From positions 25,667-89,666 of the forward strand of contig CAZQMX010000001.1 in assembly GCA_964594965.1 (NCBI GenBank): a stretch of DNA of 64,000 bases. The letters run 5' to 3'. Below the pieces are notes generated by a model. That model saw only the letters and a list, made by a program, of their open reading frames with translations, was not told where the DNA came from and searched no databases. Positions within the stretch are counted from its first letter, which is position 1. Every line of letters begins with the position of its first letter. The position numbers and the translations under genes are program-made. This stretch comes from an uncultured Candidatus Saccharibacteria bacterium (GTDB lineage Bacteria > Patescibacteriota > Minisyncoccia > Portnoybacterales > UBA2143). This document shows, in pieces, positions 45,820-56,022 of this stretch.

Positions 45820-46308
45820 ATGCTTAAAAAGAAAAAGATTAGTTATTTATCCGAAGAATCAGAAAGACCGGAAGGAAGAATTAAAGGACTCAAAGATAAA
45901 CTTAAGGAATGCCAAAAAGAAAAGGAGGAGTATTTAACCCAGGCGCAGCGCGCCCGGGCTGATTTGATTAACTATCAAAGAAGACAGGAAGAAATGAAAG
46001 GCAGTCTGAAAGCCGATCTGGAAGCAACCATAACCAGAGACTTTCTTCCAATCCTGGATAGCTTAAAAGCCGGGGCTAAAAAAGACAAAGGAATAGAACA
46101 GATTTTAAATCAGTTTCAACAAGAATTAATTAAAAAAGGATTAGAAGAAATTAAATCTCTCGGTCAGAAATTTAATCCTGAAATGCACGAAGCGGTTGAG
46201 GAAATAGAATCCAAAGAAGAATCCGGAATAATTATTCAAGTAATCCAGGACGGATACAAAATAGATGGTTTGATTCTAAGACCAAGTAAAGTTAAAATTA
46301 GTAAATAG
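45820..46308 (+). CDS. grpE: nucleotide exchange factor GrpE
   Basis: Coiled-coil N-terminus and a GrpE core (ADLINYQRR). Confidence 0.75.
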   Translation: MLKKKKISYLSEESERPEGRIKGLKDKLKECQKEKEEYLTQAQRARADLINYQRRQEEMKGSLKADLEATITRDFLPILDSLKAGAKKDKGIEQILNQFQQELIKKGLEEIKSLGQKFNPEMHEAVEEIESKEESGIIIQVIQDGYKIDGLILRPSKVKISK

Positions 46309-46321
46309 AAAGGAACATATT

Positions 46322-46759
46322 ATGCCCATTAAATGGCAACCATTTAAAGATTTAAATAGACGACCTCATCTTCCTGATGTTTTTGAAGAAGATGACCGGA
46401 TGCCTTTTTCTCCACATTTCCGACAGGAAGAACCGACAATTGACATTTATCAGGATAGAAATAATCTCTACATTGAACTTCCTTTAATTGGCATTAAAGC
46501 CAAGGATGTTAGTATTTCTATAGAGAATAGTGTTTTAATTATTGAAGGGAAAATACAGGAAAAGAAAGAAGCCAAAGAAAAGGACTATATCAGAAAAGAA
46601 ATCAGAAAAGGTTCTTTCCATCGGGCAATCAGATTGCCGGTTGAAGTTAAAGGGAACCAGGCCAGCGCTGAAACATCTGAAGGCATGCTTAAAATCACTC
46701 TTCCCAAAGCAGTTAAAGGGGCTCCTAAAGCTAACCGAGTCCCAATTAAGATTAAGTGA
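46322..46759 (+). CDS. Hsp20/alpha-crystallin small heat-shock protein
   Basis: Alpha-crystallin domain (IDIYQDRNNLYIELPLIG...GSFHRAIRLP). Confidence 0.8.
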   Translation: MPIKWQPFKDLNRRPHLPDVFEEDDRMPFSPHFRQEEPTIDIYQDRNNLYIELPLIGIKAKDVSISIENSVLIIEGKIQEKKEAKEKDYIRKEIRKGSFHRAIRLPVEVKGNQASAETSEGMLKITLPKAVKGAPKANRVPIKIK

Positions 46760-46767
46760 GTATTTTT

Positions 46768-46865
46768 CTAAATCTCTGATTTAGTTTAAAATAGTCATCC
46801 TGAGGGCGAAGCCCGAAGGATCTATGGCAAAGAAAAGATAGATTCTTCGCTTCACTCAGAATGAC
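46768..46865 (+). repeat. CTAAATCTCTGATTTAG hairpin plus MITE-like element, copy E
   Basis: GTCATCCTGAGGGCGAAGCCCGAAGGATCT / AGATTCTTCGCTTCACTCAGAATGAC, ending 9 nt before the dnaK ATG. Confidence 0.7.
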
Positions 46866-46874
46866 ATCGGCAAT

Positions 46875-48707
46875 ATGAGTAAAGTAATTGGTATTGATTT
46901 AGGAACCTCTAATTCTGCAGCCGCAGTTGTTGAGGCCGGAAAACCAACCATAATTCCTTCAGCCGAAGGAACAGTTATTGGCGGAGGCAAAGCCTTTCCG
47001 TCCTATGTTGCCTTTGATAAAGAAGGCAATCTTTTAGTTGGCGAACCAGCCAGAAGGCAGGCAGTCAGTAATCCGGAAAACACGATTTCTGCTTTCAAAC
47101 GGAAAATGGGGACAAAGGAAAAATATGCTATTAATGGCAAGGAATATACGCCGGAACAACTTTCTGCTTTTGTCCTGCAGAAAATTAAAAAAGATGCCGA
47201 GGCCTTTTTAGGCGAACCAATTCAAAAAGCCGTCATTACTGTCCCAGCCTATTTCAATGATTCCCAGAGACAGGCAACCAAAGATGCTGGTTCAATTGCC
47301 GGGCTGGAAGTTGTCCGGATTATTAACGAACCAACTGCAGCTTCTCTTTCTTACGGAATTGACAAAGCCGGCCAAGAAGAAAAGATTCTTGTTTTTGACT
47401 TTGGCGGCGGAACTCTTGATGTCACGATTATGGACTTTGGCGAGGGTGTTTTTGAGGTCAAATCAACTTCAGGCGACACTCAATTAGGCGGAACAGATAT
47501 GGATGAAGTTCTGGTTAATTACATTCTGGAAGAATTTAAAAACCAAAACAATGTTGATTTGAAAGAAGACCGGACGGCCTTGGAACGGGTTAAAGATGCG
47601 GCTGAAAAAGCCAAGATTGAGTTATCAAGTACTCTTGAAACCAATATTATTATTCCTTTTATCAGCCAATCAAAGGAATTAAACATGAAAATTACCCGGG
47701 CGAAATTAGAAGAATTAGTTAAGCCTATTGTTGAAAAATGCCGCGGTCCATTAGAACAGGCCCTAAATGATTCTAAACTAACTCCTAATGATATTACTAA
47801 AATAATTTTGGTTGGTGGACCAACCCGAATGCCATTGGTTCAGAAATTTGTTGAAGATTATGCCGGTAAAAAAATTGAAAGGGGAGTTGATCCAATGGAA
47901 TGTGTTGCTCTTGGAGCAGCAATTCAGGGCGGAATTCTAACTGGAGAAACAAAAGATGTTCTTTTGCTTGATGTTACTCCGCTGACTTTAGGAATTGAAA
48001 CCCTTGGTCAGGTCATGACCCCTTTAATTGAAAGAAATACGACCATACCAACTTCTAAGAGTCAGATTTTTTCAACGGCGGCTGATAATCAGCCGGCAGT
48101 TGATGTTCATGTTCTTCAGGGAGAAAGGCCAATGGCAACCGATAACCGAACCCTGGGTAGATTTATTCTTGATGGCATTCCGCCTGCTCCGCGGGGCGTT
48201 CCTCAGATTGAAGTTACTTTTGATATTGATGCTAATGGAATTCTTAATGTCAAAGCTAAAGATAAAGCAACGAACAAAGAACAGAAAATTACTATTACCG
48301 ATTCTTCATCTCTTTCTAAAGAAGATATTGAAAAGATGAAAAAAGAAGCTGAAGCTCATTCAGCCGAAGACCGAAAGAAAAAGGAATTAATTGAAACCAG
48401 AAATCAGGCTGATACTTTAATCTCTTCAACCGAGAAAGCCATGAAAGAAGCCGGAGATAAAGTTAAACCGGAGGATAAAAAAGAAGTTGAAGAAAAATTA
48501 GAATCTCTTAAGAAACTTAAAGATTCTAATGAAATTGAACCGCTTAAAAAAGCGATTGATGAATTATCCCAGGTTATTCAGAAAATCGGCGCTCAATTGT
48601 ATCAATCCGCCTCCGCTAAAGCTGCGGCGGACAAGAAAGTCTCAGAAGACAAGCCGGTGGACAAGACGGTTGAAGGAGAATACGAAGAAATTAAAAAGGA
48701 GGAATAA
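46875..48707 (+). CDS. dnaK: chaperone DnaK (Hsp70)
   Basis: [18 protein letters not shown], 610 aa. Confidence 0.9.
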   Translation: MSKVIGIDLGTSNSAAAVVEAGKPTIIPSAEGTVIGGGKAFPSYVAFDKEGNLLVGEPARRQAVSNPENTISAFKRKMGTKEKYAINGKEYTPEQLSAFVLQKIKKDAEAFLGEPIQKAVITVPAYFNDSQRQATKDAGSIAGLEVVRIINEPTAASLSYGIDKAGQEEKILVFDFGGGTLDVTIMDFGEGVFEVKSTSGDTQLGGTDMDEVLVNYILEEFKNQNNVDLKEDRTALERVKDAAEKAKIELSSTLETNIIIPFISQSKELNMKITRAKLEELVKPIVEKCRGPLEQALNDSKLTPNDITKIILVGGPTRMPLVQKFVEDYAGKKIERGVDPMECVALGAAIQGGILTGETKDVLLLDVTPLTLGIETLGQVMTPLIERNTTIPTSKSQIFSTAADNQPAVDVHVLQGERPMATDNRTLGRFILDGIPPAPRGVPQIEVTFDIDANGILNVKAKDKATNKEQKITITDSSSLSKEDIEKMKKEAEAHSAEDRKKKELIETRNQADTLISSTEKAMKEAGDKVKPEDKKEVEEKLESLKKLKDSNEIEPLKKAIDELSQVIQKIGAQLYQSASAKAAADKKVSEDKPVDKTVEGEYEEIKKEE

Positions 48708-49483
48708 TGAAGATAAACAAGAATCAAATAACTAATTCTGTAATTATTGGTCTGGCGACTTTGGTCGCGGCGATTACCTGGGCCGGACTAAAAGGAGTGT
48801 TATTCAATGATGGTTCTTGGATTTTTCCAAGTATTGGCTTTTTAATCTTATCAGTCTTTTTGAGCTTAAACTGGCTCTTGACCAAATCAAGGACAATTAT
48901 TTTAACAACCCTTGTCTTTATCTTGATTACTTTTTTGCTGACTTTTGGGCTTAAGATTGAATTTTTTGCAGTTCTTCTTTTGGCTTTGCTTTTCTTTGTT
49001 TTTGGCTCATTTCGGTCAATTTCTGAAAAAGAGGACAGAATTAAAATTAACTCAATTAAAATTGTTAAAAGGGGACTGCCATATATTATGACCGGCCTTT
49101 CCCTTGTTATTGCCTCGGCCTACTATTTCTCCCCCCTCTCTATGATTGGTCAGGAAAAAATTGAAATTCCCCGTCCTTTTTTTAATACCATTATCAGTCC
49201 GGTAATCGAAGTTTTTGAAGGACAGACCGGTTTCGATCTAAGAGAAACGCGAGATACCCTTTATCAGACAATTAACGGAGAGATTAATAAACGGAGCGAA
49301 CCTTACAAAGGATTCATTCCAATTAGTTTATCCGTTGGTGTCTTTTTCGCTCTTAAAGTTATTAGTATTCCTTTTATCTGGCTGACAATTCTCTTAGCCT
49401 CCCTCATTTTCAAAATCCTGGTTTGGACAAAGGCAATCCATATTCATGAAAAGTCTGTCTTGAGGGAGGTAATTGAAATTTAA
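48707..49483 (+). CDS. hypothetical polytopic membrane protein
   Basis: ORF and hydropathy only. Confidence 0.3.
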   Translation: MKINKNQITNSVIIGLATLVAAITWAGLKGVLFNDGSWIFPSIGFLILSVFLSLNWLLTKSRTIILTTLVFILITFLLTFGLKIEFFAVLLLALLFFVFGSFRSISEKEDRIKINSIKIVKRGLPYIMTGLSLVIASAYYFSPLSMIGQEKIEIPRPFFNTIISPVIEVFEGQTGFDLRETRDTLYQTINGEINKRSEPYKGFIPISLSVGVFFALKVISIPFIWLTILLASLIFKILVWTKAIHIHEKSVLREVIEI

Positions 49484-49485
49484 CC

Positions 49486-50571
49486 ATGGCTCAAGATTAC
49501 TACGAAGTTCTCGGCGTTGATAAAGGCGCTGAGGAGGGGGAAATTAAAAAGGCCTATCGGAAACTAGCTCTTAAATACCATCCTGACCGGGCGCCGGAAA
49601 GCAAGAAAAAGGAATACGAGGAAAAGTTCAAGGAAATTAGCCAGGCCTACCGAATTTTATCCGATAAAGAGAAAAAAGCCCAATATGACCAATTCGGCCA
49701 GACCTTTGAAGGGCAAGCGCCATTTGGACAAGGGTTTTCCCAACAGGACTTTCATTCTTTTTATGATGCCTTTGGCGGAGAGGATATTTTTGAAGACCTA
49801 GGTTTTAGCAGGATTTTTGAAGAAATCTTTGGCCGAAGAACCAGAGCAACTGCCCAGGCCGGCGATGATATTTCCATTGATATGGAAATTAGTTTAGAAG
49901 ATGCTTATCATGGTTTAGAAAAAGAAGTTGATTTGAGAAAATTAGTTTCCTGTTCAGAATGCCAGGGCAAAGGCGGAAAGAAATTGAAAAAATGCTCAGT
50001 TTGCCAGGGAAGCGGATACCAACAAATTCAAAGCAGAAGTATTCTTGGATATTTTATCCAGCAAAGACCCTGTTCTGAATGCCAGGGCAGAGGAGAGGTT
50101 CCAGAGGAAGAATGCAGTCATTGCCGTGGACAAGGCCGAATTAAAGAAAACAAAAAGATTAAAGTCATTGTTCCCCAGGGAATTGAAAATGGCCAGACTT
50201 TAAGATTAAGCGGACAGGGCCAGGCCGGGAAACACGGCAGTCAATCAGGCGACCTCTTTGTTAGTATTCATATCAAAGAACACAAGTATTTTAAACGCCA
50301 ATCAGATAATCTTTTCTATGAATTAGTTGTTAACTTTACCCAGGCAAGTTTGGGTGATAGAATAGAAATACCGACAATCGACGGGGAAATTAATTTAAAA
50401 ATTCCATCAGGAACACAGCCCGGAGAATTAATTGAATTAAAAGGCAAAGGCATGCCCCGGCTCTATGGAAGAGGAAAAGGGGATATGATTATCAGAATTC
50501 GGGTTGAAGTTCCCAAGAAACTATCCCGTCAACAAAAGAAATTAATTAAAGAATTAAGTAAAAGTAGTTAA
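49486..50571 (+). CDS. dnaJ: chaperone DnaJ
   Basis: J-domain with HPD (KYHPDR) and four CxxCxG zinc-finger repeats. Confidence 0.85.
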   Translation: MAQDYYEVLGVDKGAEEGEIKKAYRKLALKYHPDRAPESKKKEYEEKFKEISQAYRILSDKEKKAQYDQFGQTFEGQAPFGQGFSQQDFHSFYDAFGGEDIFEDLGFSRIFEEIFGRRTRATAQAGDDISIDMEISLEDAYHGLEKEVDLRKLVSCSECQGKGGKKLKKCSVCQGSGYQQIQSRSILGYFIQQRPCSECQGRGEVPEEECSHCRGQGRIKENKKIKVIVPQGIENGQTLRLSGQGQAGKHGSQSGDLFVSIHIKEHKYFKRQSDNLFYELVVNFTQASLGDRIEIPTIDGEINLKIPSGTQPGELIELKGKGMPRLYGRGKGDMIIRIRVEVPKKLSRQQKKLIKELSKSS

Positions 50572-50574
50572 TAT

Positions 50575-51123
50575 ATGGAAATCCGTTCATTTCTGGCAAA
50601 CCTCCATGTTGGCGCTGCCTCGGGCTGGGATTTATTCATCGCCCTGGTTTTTTTAATTGCTGTTCTAATTTATGGATTTTTTCTTGGCCGCAACCGAATG
50701 ATAATTCTTTTAATCAGCAGTTATTTTTCTCTTTTAATTGTTAAATCTCTGCCTTGGCAGAAATTATCATCTTTTGGTTGGCTGGGAATAGACAACGGGC
50801 CGTCGGGATCTTCTCAAATCCTGATTTTTATCGGAGTTATTCTTTTACTCTATTTCCTTATCCCTCGCAGTCTTTTAAGTTCACCTCTCCGAATCAGGAA
50901 AAGAGGGGATGCTTCCTGGATTCAATTATTCATTCTTAGCGTTGTCCAGGTTGGATTACTGGCTATGATTATTCTTTCATTTCTTCCACCAGATGCGGTT
51001 TCAAATCTTGGCTCGGTTATTAAAAAAATATTCATTGGGCCGGAAGCTGAATTTGTCTGGGTGACTATTCCGATATTAGCCGTGGTTTTAATGCGAAGGA
51101 AGAAGGAAATAGGGAAGAAGTAA
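50575..51123 (+). CDS. CvpA-like small membrane protein
   Basis: 4 TM helices. The N-terminal topology resembles the colicin V production protein family. Weak call. Confidence 0.3.
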   Translation: MEIRSFLANLHVGAASGWDLFIALVFLIAVLIYGFFLGRNRMIILLISSYFSLLIVKSLPWQKLSSFGWLGIDNGPSGSSQILIFIGVILLLYFLIPRSLLSSPLRIRKRGDASWIQLFILSVVQVGLLAMIILSFLPPDAVSNLGSVIKKIFIGPEAEFVWVTIPILAVVLMRRKKEIGKK

Positions 51124-51190
51124 GGGGTAAACAAAATTTATCAAGCTTCTGGCTTGATTTTTATTTGGAAAGAAGATATAATGTGTGTAT

Positions 51191-51264
51191 GCGCCGTTAG
51201 CTCAGTCCGGTAGAGCAACTCCCTTTTAAGGAGATGGTCGGGGGTTCGAATCCCTCACGGCGTA
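51191..51264 (+). tRNA. tRNA-Lys (anticodon TTT)
   Basis: Acceptor GCGCCGT/ACGGCGT, D arm GCTC/GAGC, anticodon stem CTCC/GGAG with loop CTTTTAA, T loop TTCGAAT. Confidence 0.8.
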
Positions 51265-51349
51265 CTGAAATTTATTACGGGTTCGCCCTGTCATCCGACG
51301 GGGCGCCCTATCGGATGATAGGGCGATTCCCTCTACCCCTACCATGATA

Positions 51350-51392
51350 AAAACCCGCTTGTCTGTTTTTCCAGACAGGCGGGTTTTTGTAT
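51350..51392 (+). terminator. strong rho-independent terminator
   Basis: CCCGCTTGTCTG-tttttc-CAGACAGGCGGG followed by TTTTTG. Confidence 0.6.
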
Positions 51393-51444
51393 TCTCTCAA
51401 TGGTGTTTATTCATCTTATTTATGCTAAAATATTGGATAAGAAA

Positions 51445-52347
51445 ATGCATCACATAGCGATAATGAGAAAATCCTGGGGTCTCTTGCCCAAGATTTTAAC
51501 CAAAGAAAAGACAATTGAATCACGCTGGTATATGAATAAATATTCCCCCTGGGACAGAATTAAAAAAGGGGATATTGTCTATTTTAAAAACTCTGGCGAG
51601 CCGATCAGCGTTAAAACAGAAGTTTCAAAGATTATTCAGTATTCAGATTTAACATCAGTTAAAGTTAAACAAATTCTTGAAGAATATGGCGCTAAAGATG
51701 GTTTGGGCATTAATGAAATTGACAAATATTATCAGATGTTTAAAGATAAAAAGTATTGTTTATTAATTTTTCTTAAAAATCCGCAGAAAATTAAATCTTT
51801 TGATATAGACAAAACCGGATTTGGAGCCATGGCGGCCTGGATAACAGTTGATAATATAAAAAGAATTATCGGAGGTCGAACCTCCGACAGTCCCAATATG
51901 ACTAATTTAATGACAAAAGAACAATTTAATAAGAAAAAGAAGGAACTGGATAAATTAAAGAAAGAATATGAGAAATTGGGTAAAAAGATTTCTGGAGAAG
52001 CCAAAGACAGCGGTTCTTTTCTTCATAATATCCCAGGCTATGTTGGATTAATGGATAGAATGGAAGCCCTCTCTTTAAAGATTGCTCAGTTAGAAAAAGA
52101 ATTGGACTCTGTTCAAATGATTAGCCCGAAGGAGATTCCTTCTGGTGTTGTCTCGGTTTTATCCTGTGTTTTGGTTTTAGATATTCTGAAAAACAAAAAA
52201 GAGAAATATTGTTTCGGGGAAAATATTAGCCAGGATTCCTTAATTGGCAAAGCGCTGATTAATAAGAAGGTTGGGGATAGAGTAAAAGTTAAAACCCCAA
52301 AAGGCGAAAGGGAATTGGAGATACTGGAAATAGAAGTTATGGCTTGA
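51445..52347 (+). CDS. fusion protein: N-terminal ASCH domain plus GreA/GreB-like coiled-coil and C-terminal FKBP-like domain
   Basis: ASCH motif LTKEKTIESRW...GD. GreA-like C-terminal domain SPKEIPSGVVS...IGKALINKKVGDRVKV. The 17-nt palindrome (51870-51886) lies in-frame at the junction. Start chosen after a TATGCTAAAAT element. Confidence 0.45.
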   Translation: MHHIAIMRKSWGLLPKILTKEKTIESRWYMNKYSPWDRIKKGDIVYFKNSGEPISVKTEVSKIIQYSDLTSVKVKQILEEYGAKDGLGINEIDKYYQMFKDKKYCLLIFLKNPQKIKSFDIDKTGFGAMAAWITVDNIKRIIGGRTSDSPNMTNLMTKEQFNKKKKELDKLKKEYEKLGKKISGEAKDSGSFLHNIPGYVGLMDRMEALSLKIAQLEKELDSVQMISPKEIPSGVVSVLSCVLVLDILKNKKEKYCFGENISQDSLIGKALINKKVGDRVKVKTPKGERELEILEIEVMA

Positions 52348-52380
52348 CTTATTTCTGGGTTGGATTAGAATAAGAGTATT

Positions 52381-52629
52381 ATGACAGATAAAGATGTTCA
52401 AAAAATTATAGAAGCTAATAAAGCGGTCTTTTATGATAAACAGGAAATGGACTCAAAGTTTAATGATTTGAGGGGTGATTTCAATAAACTTCAATCTTCT
52501 GTTGACAGATTGGCCGGAAATATTGCGGATTATGTTCAGGAAATGAAGATGCTTGGCAGTAAGATTGATCGACATGAAAAATGGATACAGCAACTTGCCC
52601 AAAAACTAGGAGTTAGTTTGGATTATTAA
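52381..52629 (+). CDS. hypothetical small coiled-coil protein
   Basis: ORF only. Confidence 0.2.
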   Translation: MTDKDVQKIIEANKAVFYDKQEMDSKFNDLRGDFNKLQSSVDRLAGNIADYVQEMKMLGSKIDRHEKWIQQLAQKLGVSLDY

Positions 52630-52742
52630 ATCAATTTTTATTTGGAAAATGGTTTGACAATGGCAGTGTATCGTGGTGCGCTGTTTTTTAATTACGATTT
52701 TAATTCAAGTTCACTAACAACAAACAGAAAGGGAGATAGGTA

Positions 52743-53234
52743 ATGGATGATTGTTTTTTGTGCAAAGAAGGAACATGTTTTTTAATGTATGCAGGGGATA
52801 CGGGGGATTGTCGGGTCTATTGCAGTATTAGACCAGACTTGGATCCCGAGTCAAAAAAGCCACTTCATGTATTGGTGGCGCCAAAGAAACATTTTGCTTC
52901 GGTTTCTGAGATGCCACGGGGGGATTATCTCAGATTTATGAACGCCGTACAACAGGTTAAAAACTTCTATCTGTCCAGGGGCTATGGACCGGCGGTAACT
53001 ATACTGATCCTTGAGCCCGGTCCTCATTCGCCCCATCCCCACGCTCATTTGGTTTTTTCGAGTAATCCACTTCGGCCCCTAAAAGAAGAAAAAAGAGATT
53101 TGGTTGAGGAGGACTTTCTGGACGAATTAAAAAGAGAGGCTGAGGCTTTACAAAAAAAGAACTGTCCGCGCTGTCGGGGCACCACTAAAGGGAATCGTAC
53201 ACATCAATATCAACGATGCCACCCGAAGACGTAA
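52743..53234 (+). CDS. HIT-family (histidine triad) hydrolase-like protein with Cys-rich termini
   Basis: HSPHPHAHLVF histidine-triad-like motif and HVLVAPKKH, plus CxxC pairs at both ends. Locally GC-richer. Confidence 0.4.
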   Translation: MDDCFLCKEGTCFLMYAGDTGDCRVYCSIRPDLDPESKKPLHVLVAPKKHFASVSEMPRGDYLRFMNAVQQVKNFYLSRGYGPAVTILILEPGPHSPHPHAHLVFSSNPLRPLKEEKRDLVEEDFLDELKREAEALQKKNCPRCRGTTKGNRTHQYQRCHPKT

Positions 53235-53358
53235 AAGAGAAGACGTAAAAGAGTCGTGGGGAGCAAAAAAAATAGGGCGGGGTGGAAAGTTAATCCATCC
53301 CGCTTTTTAATTTATCAACATTGCTTGTTTTTAGCCAAAATGATAATATATTAAAGAT

Positions 53359-54771
53359 ATGAAGCGGACTTTAGCGGGTAAAACAATTGAAAAAGTGGGG
53401 GAGGAAGTCAGATTAAATGGCTGGGTTCATAACCGAAGAGACCATGGTAAATTAATTTTCATTGACCTACGCGACAGAAGCGGGCTGGTTCAGCTTGTTT
53501 TTCTGCCGGAAAACGAGGAAGTTTATCAATTGGGTAATAAATTAAGAGGGGAATGGGTCATTGAAGTTGAGGGCAAGGTTAATAAAAGACCGGATAAAAT
53601 GGTTAATGATAAAATTCCAACCGGCAAGGTTGAAGTTGAAGTAGCCAAATTAAAAGTTTTAAACCAATCCAAAACCCCACCATTTGAAATCAGCGAAGAA
53701 GGGGCTAAAAGTGTTAATGAAGAAGTCAGATTAAGATATCGATATCTGGATTTGCGCCGCCAGCGAATGAGAAGAAATCTTTACATTCGTCATAAAGTTA
53801 TTAAATTAATCAGAGACTTCCTTGATAAAAGGGGATTTATTGAAATAGAGACACCAATTCTAACCAAGTCAACTCCGGAAGGAGCCAGGGATTACCTGGT
53901 TCCAAGTCGTCTTCATCCCGGCCAGTCCTATGCCCTGCCTCAATCTCCCCAGCAGTTCAAACAACTTTTAATGGTTGCCGGATTGGGAAGATACTTTCAA
54001 ATCGTCCGCTGTTTTCGGGACGAGGATTCAAGAGGAGACCGTCAGCCAGAATTTACCCAATTAGATTTGGAAATGTCTTTTATTAAACAGGAAGATATTT
54101 TAAGATTAACTGAAAAACTCTATACTAAAATTATTAAAGATTTAATTCTTTTTGATGAGGGCTTATCCAAAAAGCTGACCTCTAGTCCTTTTAAAAGAAT
54201 GGATTACCAGGAAGCCATAAAAAGTTACGGGACTGATAAGCCTGATTTGAGAAAAAATAAGAAGGACCCAAATGAACTGGCTTTTGTCTGGATTTTAAAC
54301 TGGCCTTTATTCGAATGGAATGAAAAGGAAAAAAGGTATGATTCGCATCACCATGTTTTCACCGCTCCCCAAAAAAGAGATTTGCCTCTGCTTGATAAAG
54401 AACCTCTAAAAGTCCGTTCCTGGCAGCATGATTTGGTTTTGAACGGCGTTGAAATAGGGGGCGGAAGTATTAGAATTCATCAGAGAGACATCCAGGAAAA
54501 GATATTTAAATTAGTTGGACTGACTCAGGAAGAAATTAATCAGAAATTCGGTCATTTATTAAAAGCTTTTGAATACGGAGCACCGCCTCATGGGGGAATT
54601 GCCCCGGGAATTGACCGCTTTCTAATGATTCTTTTGGGCGAGGAAAATATCAGAGAGGTTATGGCTTTTCCAAAAACAGGAGATGGCCGCGATTTAATGA
54701 TGGAAGCGCCCAGTCCGGTCAGCAAAGAACAATTAAGAGACCTTAGTATTAAACTGAGCCCTCTTAAATAA
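53359..54771 (+). CDS. aspS: aspartate--tRNA ligase, short form lacking the GAD insertion
   Basis: N-terminal OB fold. Motif 2 region QFKQLLMVAGLGRYFQIVRCFRDEDSRGDRQPEFTQLD matches AspRS. 470 aa. Confidence 0.8.
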   Translation: MKRTLAGKTIEKVGEEVRLNGWVHNRRDHGKLIFIDLRDRSGLVQLVFLPENEEVYQLGNKLRGEWVIEVEGKVNKRPDKMVNDKIPTGKVEVEVAKLKVLNQSKTPPFEISEEGAKSVNEEVRLRYRYLDLRRQRMRRNLYIRHKVIKLIRDFLDKRGFIEIETPILTKSTPEGARDYLVPSRLHPGQSYALPQSPQQFKQLLMVAGLGRYFQIVRCFRDEDSRGDRQPEFTQLDLEMSFIKQEDILRLTEKLYTKIIKDLILFDEGLSKKLTSSPFKRMDYQEAIKSYGTDKPDLRKNKKDPNELAFVWILNWPLFEWNEKEKRYDSHHHVFTAPQKRDLPLLDKEPLKVRSWQHDLVLNGVEIGGGSIRIHQRDIQEKIFKLVGLTQEEINQKFGHLLKAFEYGAPPHGGIAPGIDRFLMILLGEENIREVMAFPKTGDGRDLMMEAPSPVSKEQLRDLSIKLSPLK

Positions 54772-54796
54772 TAACCTTTCTACTACAATTCCCATA

Positions 54797-54902
54797 TTTT
54801 GGCTACGACTTTGCAAAAATTTCTTGATGTATAGTATACATCTGCGAAATTTCTGCTTCGTCTCGCTCAAAATCTGAAAATTTCGTAGCGAAAATTATTA
54901 TC
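54797..54902 (+). promoter_or_regulatory. conserved promoter/leader module upstream of the dacB-like gene (paralogous to 24689..24794)
   Basis: ATATTTTGGCT...TGTATAGTATACAT...TCTCGCTCAAAATCTGAAAATTTCGTAGCGAAAATTATTATC. Confidence 0.5.
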
Positions 54903-54923
54903 TAAAAGAGCTCAAGAGCAAAT

Positions 54924-55913
54924 ATGTTGCTTAAATTCATAATTGCCACCTCGGTTATTTTTAATTCCCTGACTTCTTTAATTGATAATGTTGCCCCTCC
55001 TCAGGTTTTTTCTGATTTACCCGAATATTATTCCAGGAAAGAAGTTAAAGTCAAAAAACTTCCCCTTTCACCGGACCCGCCTGTCGGCGAGACAGGTTGG
55101 CAGTTTCAAAAAGCTGCCCTTTCCGCCATTAAACAGGCCAAACCTAATTTTTATCCAATCCGGGACTGGGGGATTGAATCTCTTGAAGTCGAAGCCAAAG
55201 CAGCTTTAATCTTTGACTCAGCCAAAGATAAAGCCCTTTACCAAAAAGAATCAGATTTAGTTTTACCGATTGCCAGTTTAACTAAAATAATGACGGCTTT
55301 GGTTGTTCTGGAGAATATTGATACTGAAGAAATTGTCCTTATTTCTGAAAAAGCTATTGCCGGATATGGAGACAGGGGCGGATTGGTTCTTAATGAAGAA
55401 ATCAGTGTTGAAAATCTCTTACATGCTCTTTTAATGGAATCAAGCAATGATGCCGCTTATGCTTTGGCAGAAGCAGTTGAATTAAAAACAGAAAGAAACT
55501 TTATTAATTTAATGAATGAAAAAGCCAGTCAATTAGGTTTTGAAAAAACTAGTTTTACTGACCCGAGCGGATACGAATCAAGTAATGTCTCAACGGTTAA
55601 TGAATTAGTCCAATTGGTTGAGTATAGTTTTGGAGAATCCCTGATTTGGCAGATTATGAAAACACCGATGATTGAGAAATTTTCTGTTGATAGAGGAATC
55701 CGTCATTTCTGGACAAACACCGACAAATTATTGGCTCGTTTAGATAATGTTGTTGGAGGAAAAACCGGCTATACCGAAGAAGCCGGCGGTTGCCTGATTC
55801 TGGTTATTAATCATAATGGAGGGAATTTAATTAGTGTTGTCTTGGGAACAGAAGAAAGGTTTTTAGAAACCGAAAGATTAATTAATTGGGTCCAAGAGGC
55901 CTACTCCTGGTAA
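54924..55913 (+). CDS. D-alanyl-D-alanine carboxypeptidase (S11, PBP5/DacB-like)
   Basis: SxxK (ASLTK), SxN (SSND) and KTG (GKTGYT) motifs, with a signal-anchor N-terminus. Confidence 0.65.
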   Translation: MLLKFIIATSVIFNSLTSLIDNVAPPQVFSDLPEYYSRKEVKVKKLPLSPDPPVGETGWQFQKAALSAIKQAKPNFYPIRDWGIESLEVEAKAALIFDSAKDKALYQKESDLVLPIASLTKIMTALVVLENIDTEEIVLISEKAIAGYGDRGGLVLNEEISVENLLHALLMESSNDAAYALAEAVELKTERNFINLMNEKASQLGFEKTSFTDPSGYESSNVSTVNELVQLVEYSFGESLIWQIMKTPMIEKFSVDRGIRHFWTNTDKLLARLDNVVGGKTGYTEEAGGCLILVINHNGGNLISVVLGTEERFLETERLINWVQEAYSW

Positions 55914-56022
55914 AATTTCTAATTTTTAATTTCTAATTTCTAAACAATTTCTAATGATTTAATTATTAAATTAATAAATTAAAGAATTGTTTGAAAATTG
56001 AAAATTGATAATTGAAAATTAA
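55914..56022. repeat. inverted arrays of 7-nt periodic repeats (AATTTCT x4-5, then GAAAATT x4)
   Basis: Read directly. The left array is AATTTCTAATTTTTAATTTCTAATTTCT. The right array GAAAATTGAAAATTGATAATTGAAAATT is its approximate reverse complement. Confidence 0.6.

Noticed and set aside
12553-51886. Possible CRISPR array from the recurring 17-nt palindrome and the MITE-like repeats
   Set aside because: The copies are scattered over 40 kb. They are not separated by uniform 30-40 nt spacers, and no cas genes are present. They behave as dispersed palindromic repeats, not a CRISPR array.
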